A stretch of 64,000 nt of DNA. It comes from Gemmatimonadota bacterium. Its GTDB lineage: Bacteria > Gemmatimonadota > Gemmatimonadetes > Palauibacterales > Palauibacteraceae. Each line of letters begins with the position of its first letter. Position 1 is the stretch's first letter. The notes beneath the pieces are model-generated. The model ran no database searches. It was not told the DNA's origin and saw only the letters and a program-made list of their open reading frames with translations. This document shows positions 12,426 to 23,040 of the stretch, one piece after another. The stretch covers positions 1,344,001 through 1,408,000 of the forward strand of contig OY762926.1 in assembly GCA_963666735.1 (NCBI GenBank), given 5' to 3'. The translations under genes were made by a program, and so were the position numbers.

Positions 12426-13055
12426 TCACTGGGTTACATGGCGCGCCCGGCGTCCGGCCCAGGCGCGCTCGACTTGGTGTCGGATCGTTTCCGGCACGAG
12501 GAGGTGGACCGAACGCCCATCCTCGAGGCGCTGCCGGATCCGGCTCGCCGAGATATCCACTCGCGTGACGTGGGCGACAACATACTCGATCGGCATCGAT
12601 TCCGGGGAGGGCGCGGGCTCTCCGCCGCCCCGCGGCATCACCGCAATGCGGGCCAACTCCGGAAGCCGGCGCCAGCGTTCCCAGCGGTGGATCGCCGCGA
12701 ACTGGTCCGCGCCCATCGCGAGGACGAGCCGGTCGGCGGGAAAGCGCCGCGCGAGGGCTTCAAGCGTGTCCACCGTGTAGGAGGGACCGGCCCGCTCGAT
12801 CTCCATCGGGCTGACCTCGATGCCGGGCAGATCCGCAAAGGCCCGGCGCGTGAGGTCGAGGCGCACGTGGGCGGAGAGCGTAACCTCCCGGTGCGGTGGA
12901 TCGCCCGCGGGAATCACGAGCAGCCGGTCGAGGCGCAGCTCTTCGAGGAGATCGCGCGCCACCGAGACATGGCCCGCGTGCGGAGGATCGAAGCTCCCGC
13001 CGAGGATGCCCGTCCGGCGGCCGCCCGCCGGGACTTCAACGCGGGGACTCGACAT
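12426..13055 (-). CDS. nadD: Nicotinate-nucleotide adenylyltransferase
   Basis: GILGGSFDPPHAGH, SYTVDTL, MGADQ, ISASRIR. Confidence 0.95.
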   Translation of the reverse strand: MSSPRVEVPAGGRRTGILGGSFDPPHAGHVSVARDLLEELRLDRLLVIPAGDPPHREVTLSAHVRLDLTRRAFADLPGIEVSPMEIERAGPSYTVDTLEALARRFPADRLVLAMGADQFAAIHRWERWRRLPELARIAVMPRGGGEPAPSPESMPIEYVVAHVTRVDISASRIRQRLEDGRSVHLLVPETIRHQVERAWAGRRARHVTQ

Positions 13056-13857
13056 CCCCCGCCGGATCCTCCGCCGCCGCCGGGTCTTCGTCCGCCAGCA
13101 GCAACCGCGCTTCCTCCGAATCGGGAAACTCCGACAGCAGCCTCCCCCGGATGACGCCGGCCTCGGTTTCGTACCCCACGACACGGTAACTTCGATACAA
13201 CCGCAAGAGGAGATCCGGCAGGAATTCCCCGGTCGGCTCCTCCGCCAGCGATTTTTCGAAGTAGACGATCGCGGATTCCGCCAGTCTCCGGCGATCCTGA
13301 TAGTACTTCCCGATTTCGTAGCTCTTCTCGGCCAGCTTCGCCCGCGCGTCCGCCATCAGGCCTTCGGCCTGCTCCCGGAAGGGGGTCGTCGGGAAGAATT
13401 GCAACAGACGCTGGCATTCCTCGAGGGCCCGCCGGGTGAACTCCTGGGAGAGAGTGACCCGGGGCGAGGCCGCGAGGTAGGCCCGGCACAGCCCCAGCTG
13501 CGCGTCGTCCGCGAGGGGACTGTTGGGCCGGTTCGTGGCCATGCGCCGGAACTCCTCCACGGCGTCGAGCTCGTTGCCCGCCCGGAGCTGCCCCTCGGCA
13601 GCGAGGTACTGCGCGCTGTCGACGAGCGGATTCAGGGGATCTCGAACCATGAAGGCGAGGAAGCCCTCGGCCGCCCTGCGATATTCTTCGGCGTCGAACC
13701 GATCCTGCGCCCACTGGAAGAGATCCGGCGGCTCGAGATCGCCCGGGGGGCCGGAACTCGAGCAACCCGCGAGCATGAGGACCGCGGCGGCGAGCGCCGT
13801 GCGGAGGGCATCGCGAGCCCTCCCGGTGGGGCCCCTCATTCCGGTTGTGCCGCTCAT
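13036..13857 (-). CDS. bamD: Outer membrane protein assembly lipoprotein BamD
   Basis: Lipobox LAGC; TPR-like repeats; KLAEKSYEIGKYY. Confidence 0.85.
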   Translation of the reverse strand: MSGTTGMRGPTGRARDALRTALAAAVLMLAGCSSSGPPGDLEPPDLFQWAQDRFDAEEYRRAAEGFLAFMVRDPLNPLVDSAQYLAAEGQLRAGNELDAVEEFRRMATNRPNSPLADDAQLGLCRAYLAASPRVTLSQEFTRRALEECQRLLQFFPTTPFREQAEGLMADARAKLAEKSYEIGKYYQDRRRLAESAIVYFEKSLAEEPTGEFLPDLLLRLYRSYRVVGYETEAGVIRGRLLSEFPDSEEARLLLADEDPAAAEDPAGDVESPR

Positions 13858-14774
13858 TCGAAGCCGAAGCGGATCTGTCGCATCCGCTCCTCCGCCCGCC
13901 GGACCAGCGCGTGCGTGCGGGTCGGGTTCAGTTCCAGCACGCGAGCGTAGTTGACGAGAGCTTCGTCCGTCTCGCCGAGCGCGAGGTGGAGTTCGCCGAT
14001 GAGGAAGTGCGCCTCGACCATGTGCGTCCGCGGCACGCCGAGTTCGACCATTTCGGCCAGCTTCTCGAGGGCGGAGGAGGGACGGCCCTCCGCCCGATCT
14101 TCATCGGCGGACACGTAAAGACAGTTCCCGTAGTGGTAACGTGCGTCCTCCAGGTTCGAGCGGCTTTGCTCCATCGCCTCGAGGAAATCGCGATAGAACG
14201 GCAGCGCGCGAGTGCACGCGCCGAGTTGCTCATATGCGAGACCGACATCGTACAGCACCGCCGGCTCCGGATCCCCCTCGCCGGCGAGAAGCGCGAGGCG
14301 CAGCGAGAGGGAACGTGCGTAGTCACCCTCAGCCGCATGATAGGCGGCCAGCGAGCGCTGGAGGTCGGTGGGCAGATAGCCCAATCCCCAATCCACGAGG
14401 GGCTGGAGCGCGCGGGACATGTTCTCCGCCGCGCCCCGCTCCCGCGCGGACCACGCAAGTCCGGCGAGCGAGGCCGCCGCCTGGTGCCGCAGCCGGGGGT
14501 CGCGCTCGGCGAGCGTCTCGTAGACGGTGAGCGCCTCGTCGACATCGCCGCGCACGGCGTAGGCATGCCCGAGCCGGAGGAGCAGGTCGTCGGTGTCCCC
14601 GCTGACGCGCCGGGCAAGGAGGTACTCGGCGATCGCCTTGTCCGCATCCCCGACGGCCAGGTATCGGTCCCCGCGCACGACGGACCGGTCCACCGGATCC
14701 TCGCACGCCGCAAGCGCAAGCGCCGCCAGGACCCCGGCGGTCCCCTGCACGATCCGCTGTCGGACGGTCACCAT
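13854..14774 (-). CDS. Tetratricopeptide-repeat lipoprotein
   Basis: Lipobox LAAC; repeated LG.AY / AHFLIGELH TPR motifs; ATGA overlap with bamD. Confidence 0.75.
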   Translation of the reverse strand: MVTVRQRIVQGTAGVLAALALAACEDPVDRSVVRGDRYLAVGDADKAIAEYLLARRVSGDTDDLLLRLGHAYAVRGDVDEALTVYETLAERDPRLRHQAAASLAGLAWSARERGAAENMSRALQPLVDWGLGYLPTDLQRSLAAYHAAEGDYARSLSLRLALLAGEGDPEPAVLYDVGLAYEQLGACTRALPFYRDFLEAMEQSRSNLEDARYHYGNCLYVSADEDRAEGRPSSALEKLAEMVELGVPRTHMVEAHFLIGELHLALGETDEALVNYARVLELNPTRTHALVRRAEERMRQIRFGFE

Positions 14775-14809
14775 GGGCGCCCCCCGCCGGCCTTCGTCCC
14801 CCGCATGTC

Positions 14810-15589
14810 TCAACTCTCCCCGCTTTCGACGCCGCCATGGATGTCGCCCGTTGCCTCGCGAGAGGCGCGCGGCCCGCCCCCGCGCGTCCAGCGCCGCACG
14901 AGGCCGTACAGAAAGATACAGCGCAGGGCGGAGATGCCATCGCGCCACCCGATCTTCTTGCCCTCCGCGTACGTCCGTCCCGCGTAGGAGATCCCCACCT
15001 CGTACACGCGCCATCTACCCATGGCGACCTTCGCCGTGATTTCCGGTTCGACGCCGAAGGCCCGCTCCTCGATCGTGAGCTGCTCGATCACTTCCCGGCG
15101 GAAGCACTTATAACACGTCTCCATGTCCGTGAGGTTGAGATTCGTCATCATGTTCGACAGCCGAGTCAGCCACCGGTTCCCCACGTAGTGCCAGTAGTAG
15201 AGGACGCGATGCGGCTGCCCGCCCATGAATCGCGACCCGTAGACGACGTCCGCTCTGCCCGCGAGGATCGGCTCCAGGAGGCGCGGATACTCGGCGGGGT
15301 CGTATTCGAGATCCGCGTCCTGGATGATGACGATGTCGCCCTTGACGCGCCGGAACCCGGTGGAGAGGGCCGCGCCCTTCCCCCGGTTCCGCTCGTGGAC
15401 GAGCACCCGGTCGACCAGCCCTTCCGCCTCCAATCGGTTGAGGATCGACGCGGACGCGTCGGCCGAGCCGTCGTCGACCGCGATGAGTTCCACGTCCGGG
15501 GCGACCTCCCTCACGCGCCGGACGATCGCCTCGAGCGTCATCTCCTCGTTGTATACGGGCATGACCACGGAGACCCGGGTTCGCCCCAT
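14810..15589 (-). CDS. Glycosyltransferase family 2 (DPM1-like)
   Basis: [38 protein letters not shown]; strong SD before 15589. Confidence 0.92.
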   Translation of the reverse strand: MGRTRVSVVMPVYNEEMTLEAIVRRVREVAPDVELIAVDDGSADASASILNRLEAEGLVDRVLVHERNRGKGAALSTGFRRVKGDIVIIQDADLEYDPAEYPRLLEPILAGRADVVYGSRFMGGQPHRVLYYWHYVGNRWLTRLSNMMTNLNLTDMETCYKCFRREVIEQLTIEERAFGVEPEITAKVAMGRWRVYEVGISYAGRTYAEGKKIGWRDGISALRCIFLYGLVRRWTRGGGPRASREATGDIHGGVESGES

Positions 15590-15615
15590 GTCCTCCTCGC
15601 CTCCCCACCGTGCGA

Positions 15616-16566
15616 TCATTCGGGTGCTGCCCCGAGCGGCCGCATCTCCCGAAAATACTCGACCGTTCGCTTCAGCCCGACCTCGAGCGGGACTCGGGGA
15701 GTCCACTCCAGCCGCGCCGAGGCGAGAGAGATGTCCGGAGAGCGCATTCTCGGGTCGTCTTCGGGCAGCGGACGCACTTCGATCGTGGACGCGGAGTCCG
15801 TGGTCGCGAGCACGAGATCGGACAACGCCCGAATCGTATACTCCTCGGGATTGCCCAGGTTCACCGGCTCGTGGATGTCGGCGTTGAAGAGACGCCAGAT
15901 CCCTTCCACGAGGTCGGACACATAACAGAAGCTCCGTGACTGGGAGCCGTCTCCGTAGACGGTGAGCGGTTCCCCACGTAGTGCCTGGACGACGAAGTTC
16001 GACACCACGCGGCCATCGTCCGGACGCATGCGCGGGCCGTAGGTGTTGAAGATTCGCACGATGCGCGCGTCCACGCCGTGCTCGCGGTGGTAGGCCATCG
16101 TGATGGCCTCGGCGAAGCGCTTCGCCTCGTCGTACACGGAGCGCGGACCGACCGGGTTCACGTTGCCCCAATAGGTTTCGGGCTGAGGATGGACGAGCGG
16201 ATCACCGTAGACTTCCGAGGTGGACGCGAGGAGCAGCCGGGAGCCCCTCGCTCTGGCCAGGCCCAGGGCGTTGCGCGTACCGAGAGCGCCCGCTTCCAGC
16301 GTCTGGATCGGGAACCGAAGATAGTCCACCGGGCTGGCCGGCGAGGCGAAGTGGAAGATCCCTTCGATCTCCCCCTCGATCTCGAACGGCTCCGACACGT
16401 CCCGCTTGAGAAACGCGAACCTCGGCTCACCCCGCAGGTGGGCAAGGTTGCGTCGCGTCCCCGTGATCAGGCTGTCGATGCCGACGACGGAGTGCCCCTC
16501 GGCGAGGAGGCGGTCGGTGAGGTGCGAACCGAGGAAGCCGGCGGCGCCGGTGACGACCAGTCTCAT
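15616..16566 (-). CDS. UDP-glucuronic acid decarboxylase (UDP-xylose synthase) family SDR
   Basis: [46 protein letters not shown]. Confidence 0.92.
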   Translation of the reverse strand: MRLVVTGAAGFLGSHLTDRLLAEGHSVVGIDSLITGTRRNLAHLRGEPRFAFLKRDVSEPFEIEGEIEGIFHFASPASPVDYLRFPIQTLEAGALGTRNALGLARARGSRLLLASTSEVYGDPLVHPQPETYWGNVNPVGPRSVYDEAKRFAEAITMAYHREHGVDARIVRIFNTYGPRMRPDDGRVVSNFVVQALRGEPLTVYGDGSQSRSFCYVSDLVEGIWRLFNADIHEPVNLGNPEEYTIRALSDLVLATTDSASTIEVRPLPEDDPRMRSPDISLASARLEWTPRVPLEVGLKRTVEYFREMRPLGAAPE

Positions 16567-17891
16567 GCGATTTCCGCCGGACCGATCTGCCTGCGCCCGA
16601 CCGGGTAGTGTTCGAACCCTCGCGAAGCCATGCGATCCGGTTCGAACACGTTGCGCCCGTCGAACACGATCGGGCGGGCCATGCGCTGCGCGAGTTGCGA
16701 CCAGTCGGGACGCCGGTACTGCAGCCACTCCGTCACAACGACGAGCGCGTCCGCCCCGTCGAGCGCCTCGTACTCGTTCGCCGCGTATTCCACGGCATCC
16801 CCCAGGTAGAACTCGCGCGACGGCGCCATGGCGGCGGGGTCGTGCGCCACGACCGACGCTCCCCGTTCGCGCAGCCCCTCGGCGACCGCGCGCGAGGGCG
16901 CTTCGCGCATGTCGTCCGTGCGTGGCTTGAACGCAAGCCCCCAGAGCGCGAAGCGCAGACCCGTGAGGTCATCGCCGAACCGCTTCCGGATTTTTCGGAC
17001 GAGGACGGTGGTCTGGCGATCGTTCGCCTCGCTCACGGACCTCAGGATGCCGAGGTCGACGCCCTGTTTTTTCGCGGAGCGGATGATCGCCCGCACATCC
17101 TTGGGAAGGCAGCTGCCGCCATACCCCGTGCCGGCATAGAGAAAGGCCGACCCGATGCGAGGATCCGAGCCCACGCCGCGGCGAACGCGCTCGATGTCGG
17201 CCCCGGCTTGCTCGCAGAGCTCGGCGAACTGGTTCATCATGCCGATCCGGGCGGCCAGCATCGCGTTCGCCGCGTACTTGGTCAGTTCCGCCGAGGCGAT
17301 ATCCATGAATATCAGCGGGTTTCCCGAGCGGATGAAGGGTTCGTACAGCTCCTCCATGCACCGCCGGGCGCGGTCCGAATCCACGCCGCAGACGACCCGG
17401 TCGGGGTACAGGAAATCCCCTACGGCGTCGCCTTCCTTGAGGAACTCGGGGTTGGAGCACATGTGGAAGGGCAGGTCGGTCCGTCGGGCGATCTCGGCCC
17501 GCACGATCTCGCTCGTCCCCACCGGAACGGTGCTCTTCATTACGACGACCGCGCCGGGGCGCACATGGTCTCCGATCACGCGAGCCGCGTCCAGCACGAA
17601 GTCGAGGTCCGCCAGCCCGTCCTCACCGGGCGGCGTACCCACCGCGACGAAGATGACGTCGGCCGTCCGGACGCCCTCCGCCGCGTCCGTTGTGAATCGA
17701 AGCCGTCCGGCGGCGAGGCCCTCCGAGATCAGGCGCTCGATGCCGGGTTCGTAGATCGGGACATCTCCGGAGTTCAAGCGCCGGATCTTCTCTTCGTCGA
17801 CATCGGCACAGGTGACGCGGTTTCCGGACCCGGCAAGACAGGACCCTGCCACGAGCCCGACGTATCCGGTGCCGATCACGGTGATTTCCAT
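16563..17891 (-). CDS. ugd: UDP-glucose 6-dehydrogenase
   Basis: [42 protein letters not shown]. Confidence 0.93.
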   Translation of the reverse strand: MEITVIGTGYVGLVAGSCLAGSGNRVTCADVDEEKIRRLNSGDVPIYEPGIERLISEGLAAGRLRFTTDAAEGVRTADVIFVAVGTPPGEDGLADLDFVLDAARVIGDHVRPGAVVVMKSTVPVGTSEIVRAEIARRTDLPFHMCSNPEFLKEGDAVGDFLYPDRVVCGVDSDRARRCMEELYEPFIRSGNPLIFMDIASAELTKYAANAMLAARIGMMNQFAELCEQAGADIERVRRGVGSDPRIGSAFLYAGTGYGGSCLPKDVRAIIRSAKKQGVDLGILRSVSEANDRQTTVLVRKIRKRFGDDLTGLRFALWGLAFKPRTDDMREAPSRAVAEGLRERGASVVAHDPAAMAPSREFYLGDAVEYAANEYEALDGADALVVVTEWLQYRRPDWSQLAQRMARPIVFDGRNVFEPDRMASRGFEHYPVGRRQIGPAEIA

Positions 17892-17913
17892 CGAGTTCTC
17901 CGTCGCTCCTCGT

Positions 17914-18912
17914 TCAGGGGGCCGTGTCGCTGCTCGACCGACGGGCGGCTCCGGAACTCGCGACCCAGTCCAGGGTGGCGTGCGCGCAGGCCCGCAGGTC
18001 GCGCTCCGCGCGCCACCCGGTTGCGGCCCGCAGCCGCGCGGGATCACCGACCACGGACTCCGGTTCTCCGCTCCGGACCAGGGCCGGATCGCGCACGATC
18101 TCGGGCTCGATCTCCGCCCTCTCGAGGACCCACTCGAGCAGGCGGCGGATCTTCGTCGCAATCCCGGAGCACACGTTGTACGCCATGTGGGGCGTCCCGT
18201 CGAGGTCGGCGATGTCCGCGAGCGCGCGAACCCCGTCGCGTACGTCCGTGAAGTCGCGCTCCACATCCAGATTGCCGACGGCGAGCCGAGGCTCCGCCAT
18301 TCCCCGCCGAATCGCGAGGGCGCGACGGCAGAAGCTCGGGAGCACGAACACGGGACGCTGTCCAGGACCGACGAGCGGAAAGAGCCGCGCGACGACCACA
18401 CGGACGCCGAGTGCCGCGCCGGCTCCGCGGGCGACAACGTCCTGGGCGGCCTTGGTGGCGCCGTACACGCTCGTCGGCCGAAGCGGCTGACGCTCTTGCA
18501 TCGGCCCGCCACCGCCGCCGCCGTACGAGTCCGCGGAACCCGCCACGACCACTGTGTGCACCGCCGCGGGGGCCCGCGCAACCGCTTCGACGAGGTTCAG
18601 CGTGCCCGCGCCGTTCACCGCGAGAGCATCCCGGGACCGCTTACCGGCCTCGGCTCCCGACGAGCAGCCGGCCAGGTGGAAGATTCGCCGAGGACGGGCG
18701 GCGTGCACGGTCGAAGCGACGGCGTCGGCGTCTCGCACATCGAGCCGCGTCCATGCGGCCGCCGCGCGACCGGCTGGCGAAAGAGTCCCGCCGGAGGGGA
18801 CTTCCCCCAGCATCGTCGCCGTCACCTCGTAGCCCCGGTCCAGCAGATGCTCGACCAGGTGCTGTCCGATGAACCCGTCGCCGCCCGTCACAAGGACTCT
18901 CACCGACGGCAC
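17914..18912 (-). CDS. GDP-mannose dehydratase / GDP-4-keto-6-deoxy-mannose reductase (Rmd-like) SDR
   Basis: VTGGDGFIG, YGATK, VGNLDVERDFTDVRD, YNVCSG. Confidence 0.8.
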   Translation of the reverse strand: MPSVRVLVTGGDGFIGQHLVEHLLDRGYEVTATMLGEVPSGGTLSPAGRAAAAWTRLDVRDADAVASTVHAARPRRIFHLAGCSSGAEAGKRSRDALAVNGAGTLNLVEAVARAPAAVHTVVVAGSADSYGGGGGGPMQERQPLRPTSVYGATKAAQDVVARGAGAALGVRVVVARLFPLVGPGQRPVFVLPSFCRRALAIRRGMAEPRLAVGNLDVERDFTDVRDGVRALADIADLDGTPHMAYNVCSGIATKIRRLLEWVLERAEIEPEIVRDPALVRSGEPESVVGDPARLRAATGWRAERDLRACAHATLDWVASSGAARRSSSDTAP

Positions 18913-18915
18913 TCG

Positions 18916-19893
18916 CTAGAGCACACGCGCGAGGCGCCGCGCGGCATAGGTCACGATGAGGTCCGCCCCCGCGCGCCGGATGGCGCGGATCGCTTCCAGG
19001 CTGGCCGCTTCCGGGTCGAGCCAGCCTCGCGCGCCCGCAGCCTCGATCATCGCGTATTCCCCGCTCACCTGATACGCGGCGGTGGGCATCCGGAACTCAT
19101 CCTTGACTCGTCGGAGGATGTCGAGATTCGGCAGCGCCGGTTTCACCATGACCAGGTCCGCTCCCTCGGCGATGTCGAAACCGACCTCGCGGATCGCCTC
19201 ATCCGCGTTCCGCACGTCCATCTGATACCCGCGCCGGTCCCCGAAGGCGGGAGCGGAGTCCGCCGCGTCACGGAAAGGGCCGTAGAAAGCGCTCGCGTAC
19301 TTGATGGCATAGGACAGAATGGCCACGTCCCCGAGGTTGGCTTCGTCGAGCGAGGCGCGAATCACGCCGACCCGACCATCCATCATGTCCGAGGGGGCGA
19401 CGATGTCCGCCCCCGCGGCCGCGTGACTCACGGCCTGGGCGGCGAGCCGCTCGAGCGTCGGATCGTTCGCGACGCGACCGCCGTCGAGGATGCCGCAGTG
19501 GCCGTGATCCGTGTATTCGCACAGGCAGATATCCGTGATCAGGACCAGATCGGGAAGCGCGCCGCGAAGCGCCCGTAGCGAGCGCTGGATCACGCCGTCC
19601 GGCTGGTCCGCTCGCGAGCCCCGTGCATCCTTGCTTGCAGGCAGGCCGAACAGGAGAACGGCCCGTATCCCTTCCTCGAAGGCGGCGCCCGCTTCTTCGA
19701 CGGCCGCCTCGACACTCAAGCGGTCGATCCCGGGCATCGAAGGGATCCGCTGCCGCGGCGGTCCCCGGTCATCGATGAACATGGGGTAGACCAGATCGGA
19801 AGCCTCGAGCCGAGTCTCCCGCACGAGTTCGCGCAGGGAGGCCGTACGACGCAGGCGGCGTGGCCGGGAGGCGGGGAACGATGCGTCAGGCAT
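18916..19893 (-). CDS. hemB: Porphobilinogen synthase (ALA dehydratase)
   Basis: RPRRLR, DICLCEYTDHGHCG, APSDMMDGR, MVKPA, YQVSGEYAM. Confidence 0.97.
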   Translation of the reverse strand: MPDASFPASRPRRLRRTASLRELVRETRLEASDLVYPMFIDDRGPPRQRIPSMPGIDRLSVEAAVEEAGAAFEEGIRAVLLFGLPASKDARGSRADQPDGVIQRSLRALRGALPDLVLITDICLCEYTDHGHCGILDGGRVANDPTLERLAAQAVSHAAAGADIVAPSDMMDGRVGVIRASLDEANLGDVAILSYAIKYASAFYGPFRDAADSAPAFGDRRGYQMDVRNADEAIREVGFDIAEGADLVMVKPALPNLDILRRVKDEFRMPTAAYQVSGEYAMIEAAGARGWLDPEAASLEAIRAIRRAGADLIVTYAARRLARVL

Positions 19894-20695
19894 GGCCGTG
19901 AGTCGCGGCGAAACGGCCGGGGCGGGCGGCGGATGCCACCAGAGCGTCCACGAGCCCGGGCATCGAGTGCGTTGCCGCCACGACATGCACGGGCAGACCA
20001 AGTTCGGCGAGCGTCGATGCGGTCACGGGACTGATGGCGGCCACGAGAGCGCCGCCGGTCTGAGCACCGACGAGTTGCACGAAGGCACGGGCGGCGGACG
20101 AGGCCGTGAAGGTCAGCCAGTCTCCGCGACCCAGTTCGATGAACTCCCGGAGAACGTCTCGCACGTCGGGGTTGACCTCCACCGCGTAGGCCGCCGCAAC
20201 ATCGACCCGCGCTCCGGCGGCGACCAGTCGTTCCCGCAGGACGGGACGCGCTCGCTCGGCCTGCACGAGCAGGACCCGCGCGTCTGGACGGCTCCCCGGC
20301 CCGGTCGCCGCCACGATCTCATCCGCGAGCGCTTCGCCCCGATAGATCGGCGGCACGAGGCACTCCGCCACGCCGAGGGCGCGCAGCGCGTCCGCAGTCG
20401 CCGGCCCCACGGCGGCGAACCGGCCCGCCGCCAGCGCGCACATCGAGTCCGCCTCCGACACGGCGTCTCCCAGACGGCGGACGGCGTTCACGCTGGTCGG
20501 CACGATCCAGTCGTATTCGGCCAGCCGCGCGGCCGCCCGCGCCAGCGCCTCCGGATCGGCTGCGGGCGCCAGCCGGATCGTCGGCGCCGTCGTTACGGTC
20601 GCCCCCGCGGCCTCCAGGAGAGTACGGAAGCCCTCGGTCTGCCCGGCGGGCCGCGTAACCAGTACATGCTGGCCCGCGAGCGGGGGGGAGATCAC
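19886..20695 (-). CDS. hemD: Uroporphyrinogen-III synthase
   Basis: VLVTRP, TSVNAV, AVGPATA, FTASSA, ISPVTA; adjacent to hemB. Confidence 0.9.
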   Translation of the reverse strand: MISPPLAGQHVLVTRPAGQTEGFRTLLEAAGATVTTAPTIRLAPAADPEALARAAARLAEYDWIVPTSVNAVRRLGDAVSEADSMCALAAGRFAAVGPATADALRALGVAECLVPPIYRGEALADEIVAATGPGSRPDARVLLVQAERARPVLRERLVAAGARVDVAAAYAVEVNPDVRDVLREFIELGRGDWLTFTASSAARAFVQLVGAQTGGALVAAISPVTASTLAELGLPVHVVAATHSMPGLVDALVASAARPGRFAATHGHA

Positions 20696-20713
20696 CGGGC
20701 CACCGATGCGAGA

Positions 20714-20745
20714 CGACCGGCCGCGGGAACCCCCGCGGCCGGTCG
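20714..20745 (-). terminator. Strong GC hairpin after rpmB (possible terminator or stabiliser; no U-tract)
   Basis: CGACCGGCCGCGGG-AACC-CCCGCGGCCGGTCG, 14-bp perfect stem. Confidence 0.5.
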
Positions 20746-20780
20746 CCGGTCAGCGGTCGAAACGTCGCCGAGGCGCGTCG

Positions 20781-20972
20781 TCAGGACGCCTTGACGACTT
20801 TTCCCGCCTTGATACACCGCGTGCAGACGCGCACCCGCCGACGACCCGCACCCTCCACGATCTTCACCCGCTGGAGGTTCGGCATGAAGCGCCGTTTGCG
20901 CTTGTTGTTCGCGTTGCTGACGTGGTTCCCGACGCCGGGTCCCTTGCCGCAGACGTAACAGAAATTCGCCAT
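20781..20972 (-). CDS. rpmB: 50S ribosomal protein L28
   Basis: [10 protein letters not shown]...[20 protein letters not shown]...VCTRCIK. Confidence 0.96.
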   Translation of the reverse strand: MANFCYVCGKGPGVGNHVSNANNKRKRRFMPNLQRVKIVEGAGRRRVRVCTRCIKAGKVVKAS

Positions 20973-20991
20973 GACTCGCTCCGTATTCCGC

Positions 20992-21495
20992 TCAGTGAAC
21001 GAACACGGAGTCGGCAAGAAGGAAGGTCGGGGACGATGGGATCAGTTCGCCCATTGACTCCATTACCGCTCCGGATTCGACCCACACGCCTGCGATCGAA
21101 TCGTTGAATGTGTAGATCTGCCCCCGCACGAAGACGCTGTCGCCTCCGTAGATCGTCGTCTCGGCCATCCTGAGAATCTGGATCGGGTCGGACTGAAGCA
21201 GCACCGGATAGGCGATGTCGTCCGCAAGCTGAAGAGCGAATGCGCCTTCCCCCAGCCCCGTCGCGACGCGGATTCCCGCGATCAAGACGCGGCGACTGAT
21301 GGCTGCCGCCGGATCGGAAAGCAGATCGGAGGCGTCCAGATCCCGAGCCGCCTCGATCTCGGCGGCTTCGGCGTCGGCGCGTGCCTGTTCGATATCGCGC
21401 GACTGGAGGTTCAGCCAATACATGAACCCTCCGATGGCCGCCAGCGCGACGATGCTGAGGATGACGCCGAGCCCACCTTCACCCTTGTTGGACAT
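20992..21495 (-). CDS. Hypothetical single-pass membrane protein
   Basis: Fills the rplQ-rpmB gap with SD GGGAGAAGAG; one TM helix ([20 protein letters not shown]) followed by an acidic beta-rich domain. Confidence 0.75.
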   Translation of the reverse strand: MSNKGEGGLGVILSIVALAAIGGFMYWLNLQSRDIEQARADAEAAEIEAARDLDASDLLSDPAAAISRRVLIAGIRVATGLGEGAFALQLADDIAYPVLLQSDPIQILRMAETTIYGGDSVFVRGQIYTFNDSIAGVWVESGAVMESMGELIPSSPTFLLADSVFVH

Positions 21496-21513
21496 GTCTC
21501 TTCTCCCGGTTCC

Positions 21514-21876
21514 TCACGCCTCGCGATCGGTGAATTCGATGAGCGCCAACTCCGCTCCGTCACCCTTCCGCGCGCCCAACTTCAGAATCCTCGTGTATCC
21601 GCCCGGTCGATGTTCGAAACGCGGGCCGATCTTCTCGAAGAGCTTCCGCAGTGCAGCGCGGTCGGCGATCTGCCGACCGGCCAGTTGCCTGCTGTGCAGA
21701 TCGCCTCTCTTCGCCAAAGTGATGAGCTTTTCGGCGAACGGCCGCAACTCCTTCGCCTTCGCCTCGGTCGTACGGATCCGCTCGTGCAGGATGAGACTCG
21801 TCGCCATGTTTCGCAGCATCGCCTTCCGATGGCTGCGCGTCCGACTGAGTTCCCGCCCCTTCTTTCTATGCCTCAT
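21514..21876 (-). CDS. rplQ: 50S ribosomal protein L17
   Basis: [12 protein letters not shown]...[12 protein letters not shown]. Confidence 0.98.
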   Translation of the reverse strand: MRHRKKGRELSRTRSHRKAMLRNMATSLILHERIRTTEAKAKELRPFAEKLITLAKRGDLHSRQLAGRQIADRAALRKLFEKIGPRFEHRPGGYTRILKLGARKGDGAELALIEFTDREA

Positions 21877-22969
21877 CGTCGCTCTGAGCTCCGTTTCCCG
21901 CCAGATCATCCTGCAGGTAGAGGTTCCCGTCCTCATCCCGCAGGAACGACATGCCGAACCGGAGTCCGTGCCGGCCGAGGACCTCCGCAAGCTCCTCGAG
22001 AGACTTCTCTCCGAAATTCTCCAACCTCAGGATGTCGTCCCGCGACCGCGTGACGACATCGCCCAGCGTCGTCACGCCCTGCTTTTCCAGTGTATTCCTC
22101 GAGCGGGCCGAGACCTCGCTGAAATCCTCGAGCGAGCGTTCGAGCAACTCGACAAGTTCCGCATCGACGGGCTCGCTTGCGCTGTCCTCCTGGACCGGCT
22201 CGACGGCCTCCGGCAGCGTGGGCACGGTCCCCATCTGACTGAAATACGACAGGTGCAGCCGGACGATCTCGGCCGCCTGCGAAACCGCCTCCGCCGGCTT
22301 GAGGGCTCCGTTCGTCTCGACGTCCACCTCGAGCCGGTCGAAGTCCGTGCGCTGGCCGACCCGGGTCTCCCTCACATTGAAATTCGCGCGGGTGACGGGG
22401 TTGTAAACGGCGTCTATCCGGATCGTCCCGACCGGAAACTCACGCTTGGCTTCGGTCTCTTCGGGAGGCGCATGGTGTTCCGCCATGACGAAGCCGCGAC
22501 CGCGATTCACCCACAGGTCGAAGGCGAGAGGACGCTTCTCCGGCAGATCCTCCTGCAGCGTGAAGAGCACGAGGTCCGGGTTCACCACTCGAACCGACGG
22601 ATGCTCCACGATCTGCTCCGCCGTTACCGGACCGGCCTTGTGCGCCGTGAGCGAGAGCTTCGCTTCCGCTTCGTCCTCATCCATCACCAGAACCAGACGC
22701 TTCAGGTTCTGAATGATCTGATGTACGTCCTCCGCGACCCCATCGACCGTCTGGTGTTCATGCTGAACGCCGTCCGCCCGGAAGGCCCAAACGGCCGCTC
22801 CGGGAAGCGAGGACAACATGATCCGCCGGATCGAGTTGCCGATCGTGTGTCCGAACCCGCGCTCCAGCGGCTGCAGGAGGAACGATGCGCGCGCCCCATT
22901 GGGGGATCGCCTCTGCTCCTCCATCGCTTCCGGCAGCACGAGACCGGCCAGATCTACCAACACCGTCAT
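21866..22969 (-). CDS. rpoA: RNA polymerase subunit alpha
   Basis: [27 protein letters not shown], alpha[12 protein letters not shown]. Confidence 0.98.
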   Translation of the reverse strand: MTVLVDLAGLVLPEAMEEQRRSPNGARASFLLQPLERGFGHTIGNSIRRIMLSSLPGAAVWAFRADGVQHEHQTVDGVAEDVHQIIQNLKRLVLVMDEDEAEAKLSLTAHKAGPVTAEQIVEHPSVRVVNPDLVLFTLQEDLPEKRPLAFDLWVNRGRGFVMAEHHAPPEETEAKREFPVGTIRIDAVYNPVTRANFNVRETRVGQRTDFDRLEVDVETNGALKPAEAVSQAAEIVRLHLSYFSQMGTVPTLPEAVEPVQEDSASEPVDAELVELLERSLEDFSEVSARSRNTLEKQGVTTLGDVVTRSRDDILRLENFGEKSLEELAEVLGRHGLRFGMSFLRDEDGNLYLQDDLAGNGAQSDDEA

Positions 22970-23007
22970 ATGCGCTTCACTCCCTGTTTTTGCTCAGCGG
23001 ACTTCGC

Positions 23008-23033
23008 CGGCCGGGGGGCATGCCCCCCGGCCG
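23008..23033. repeat. Perfect 26-bp palindrome between rpsD and rpoA
   Basis: CGGCCGGGGGGCATGCCCCCCGGCCG. Confidence 0.85.
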
Positions 23034-23040
23034 CGCGGGC

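Noticed and set aside
14810..18912. Nucleotide-sugar/GT2 cluster as a novel biosynthetic island
   Set aside because: These are common envelope-glycan enzymes, tightly coupled to housekeeping neighbours, with no compositional break or mobility signal.
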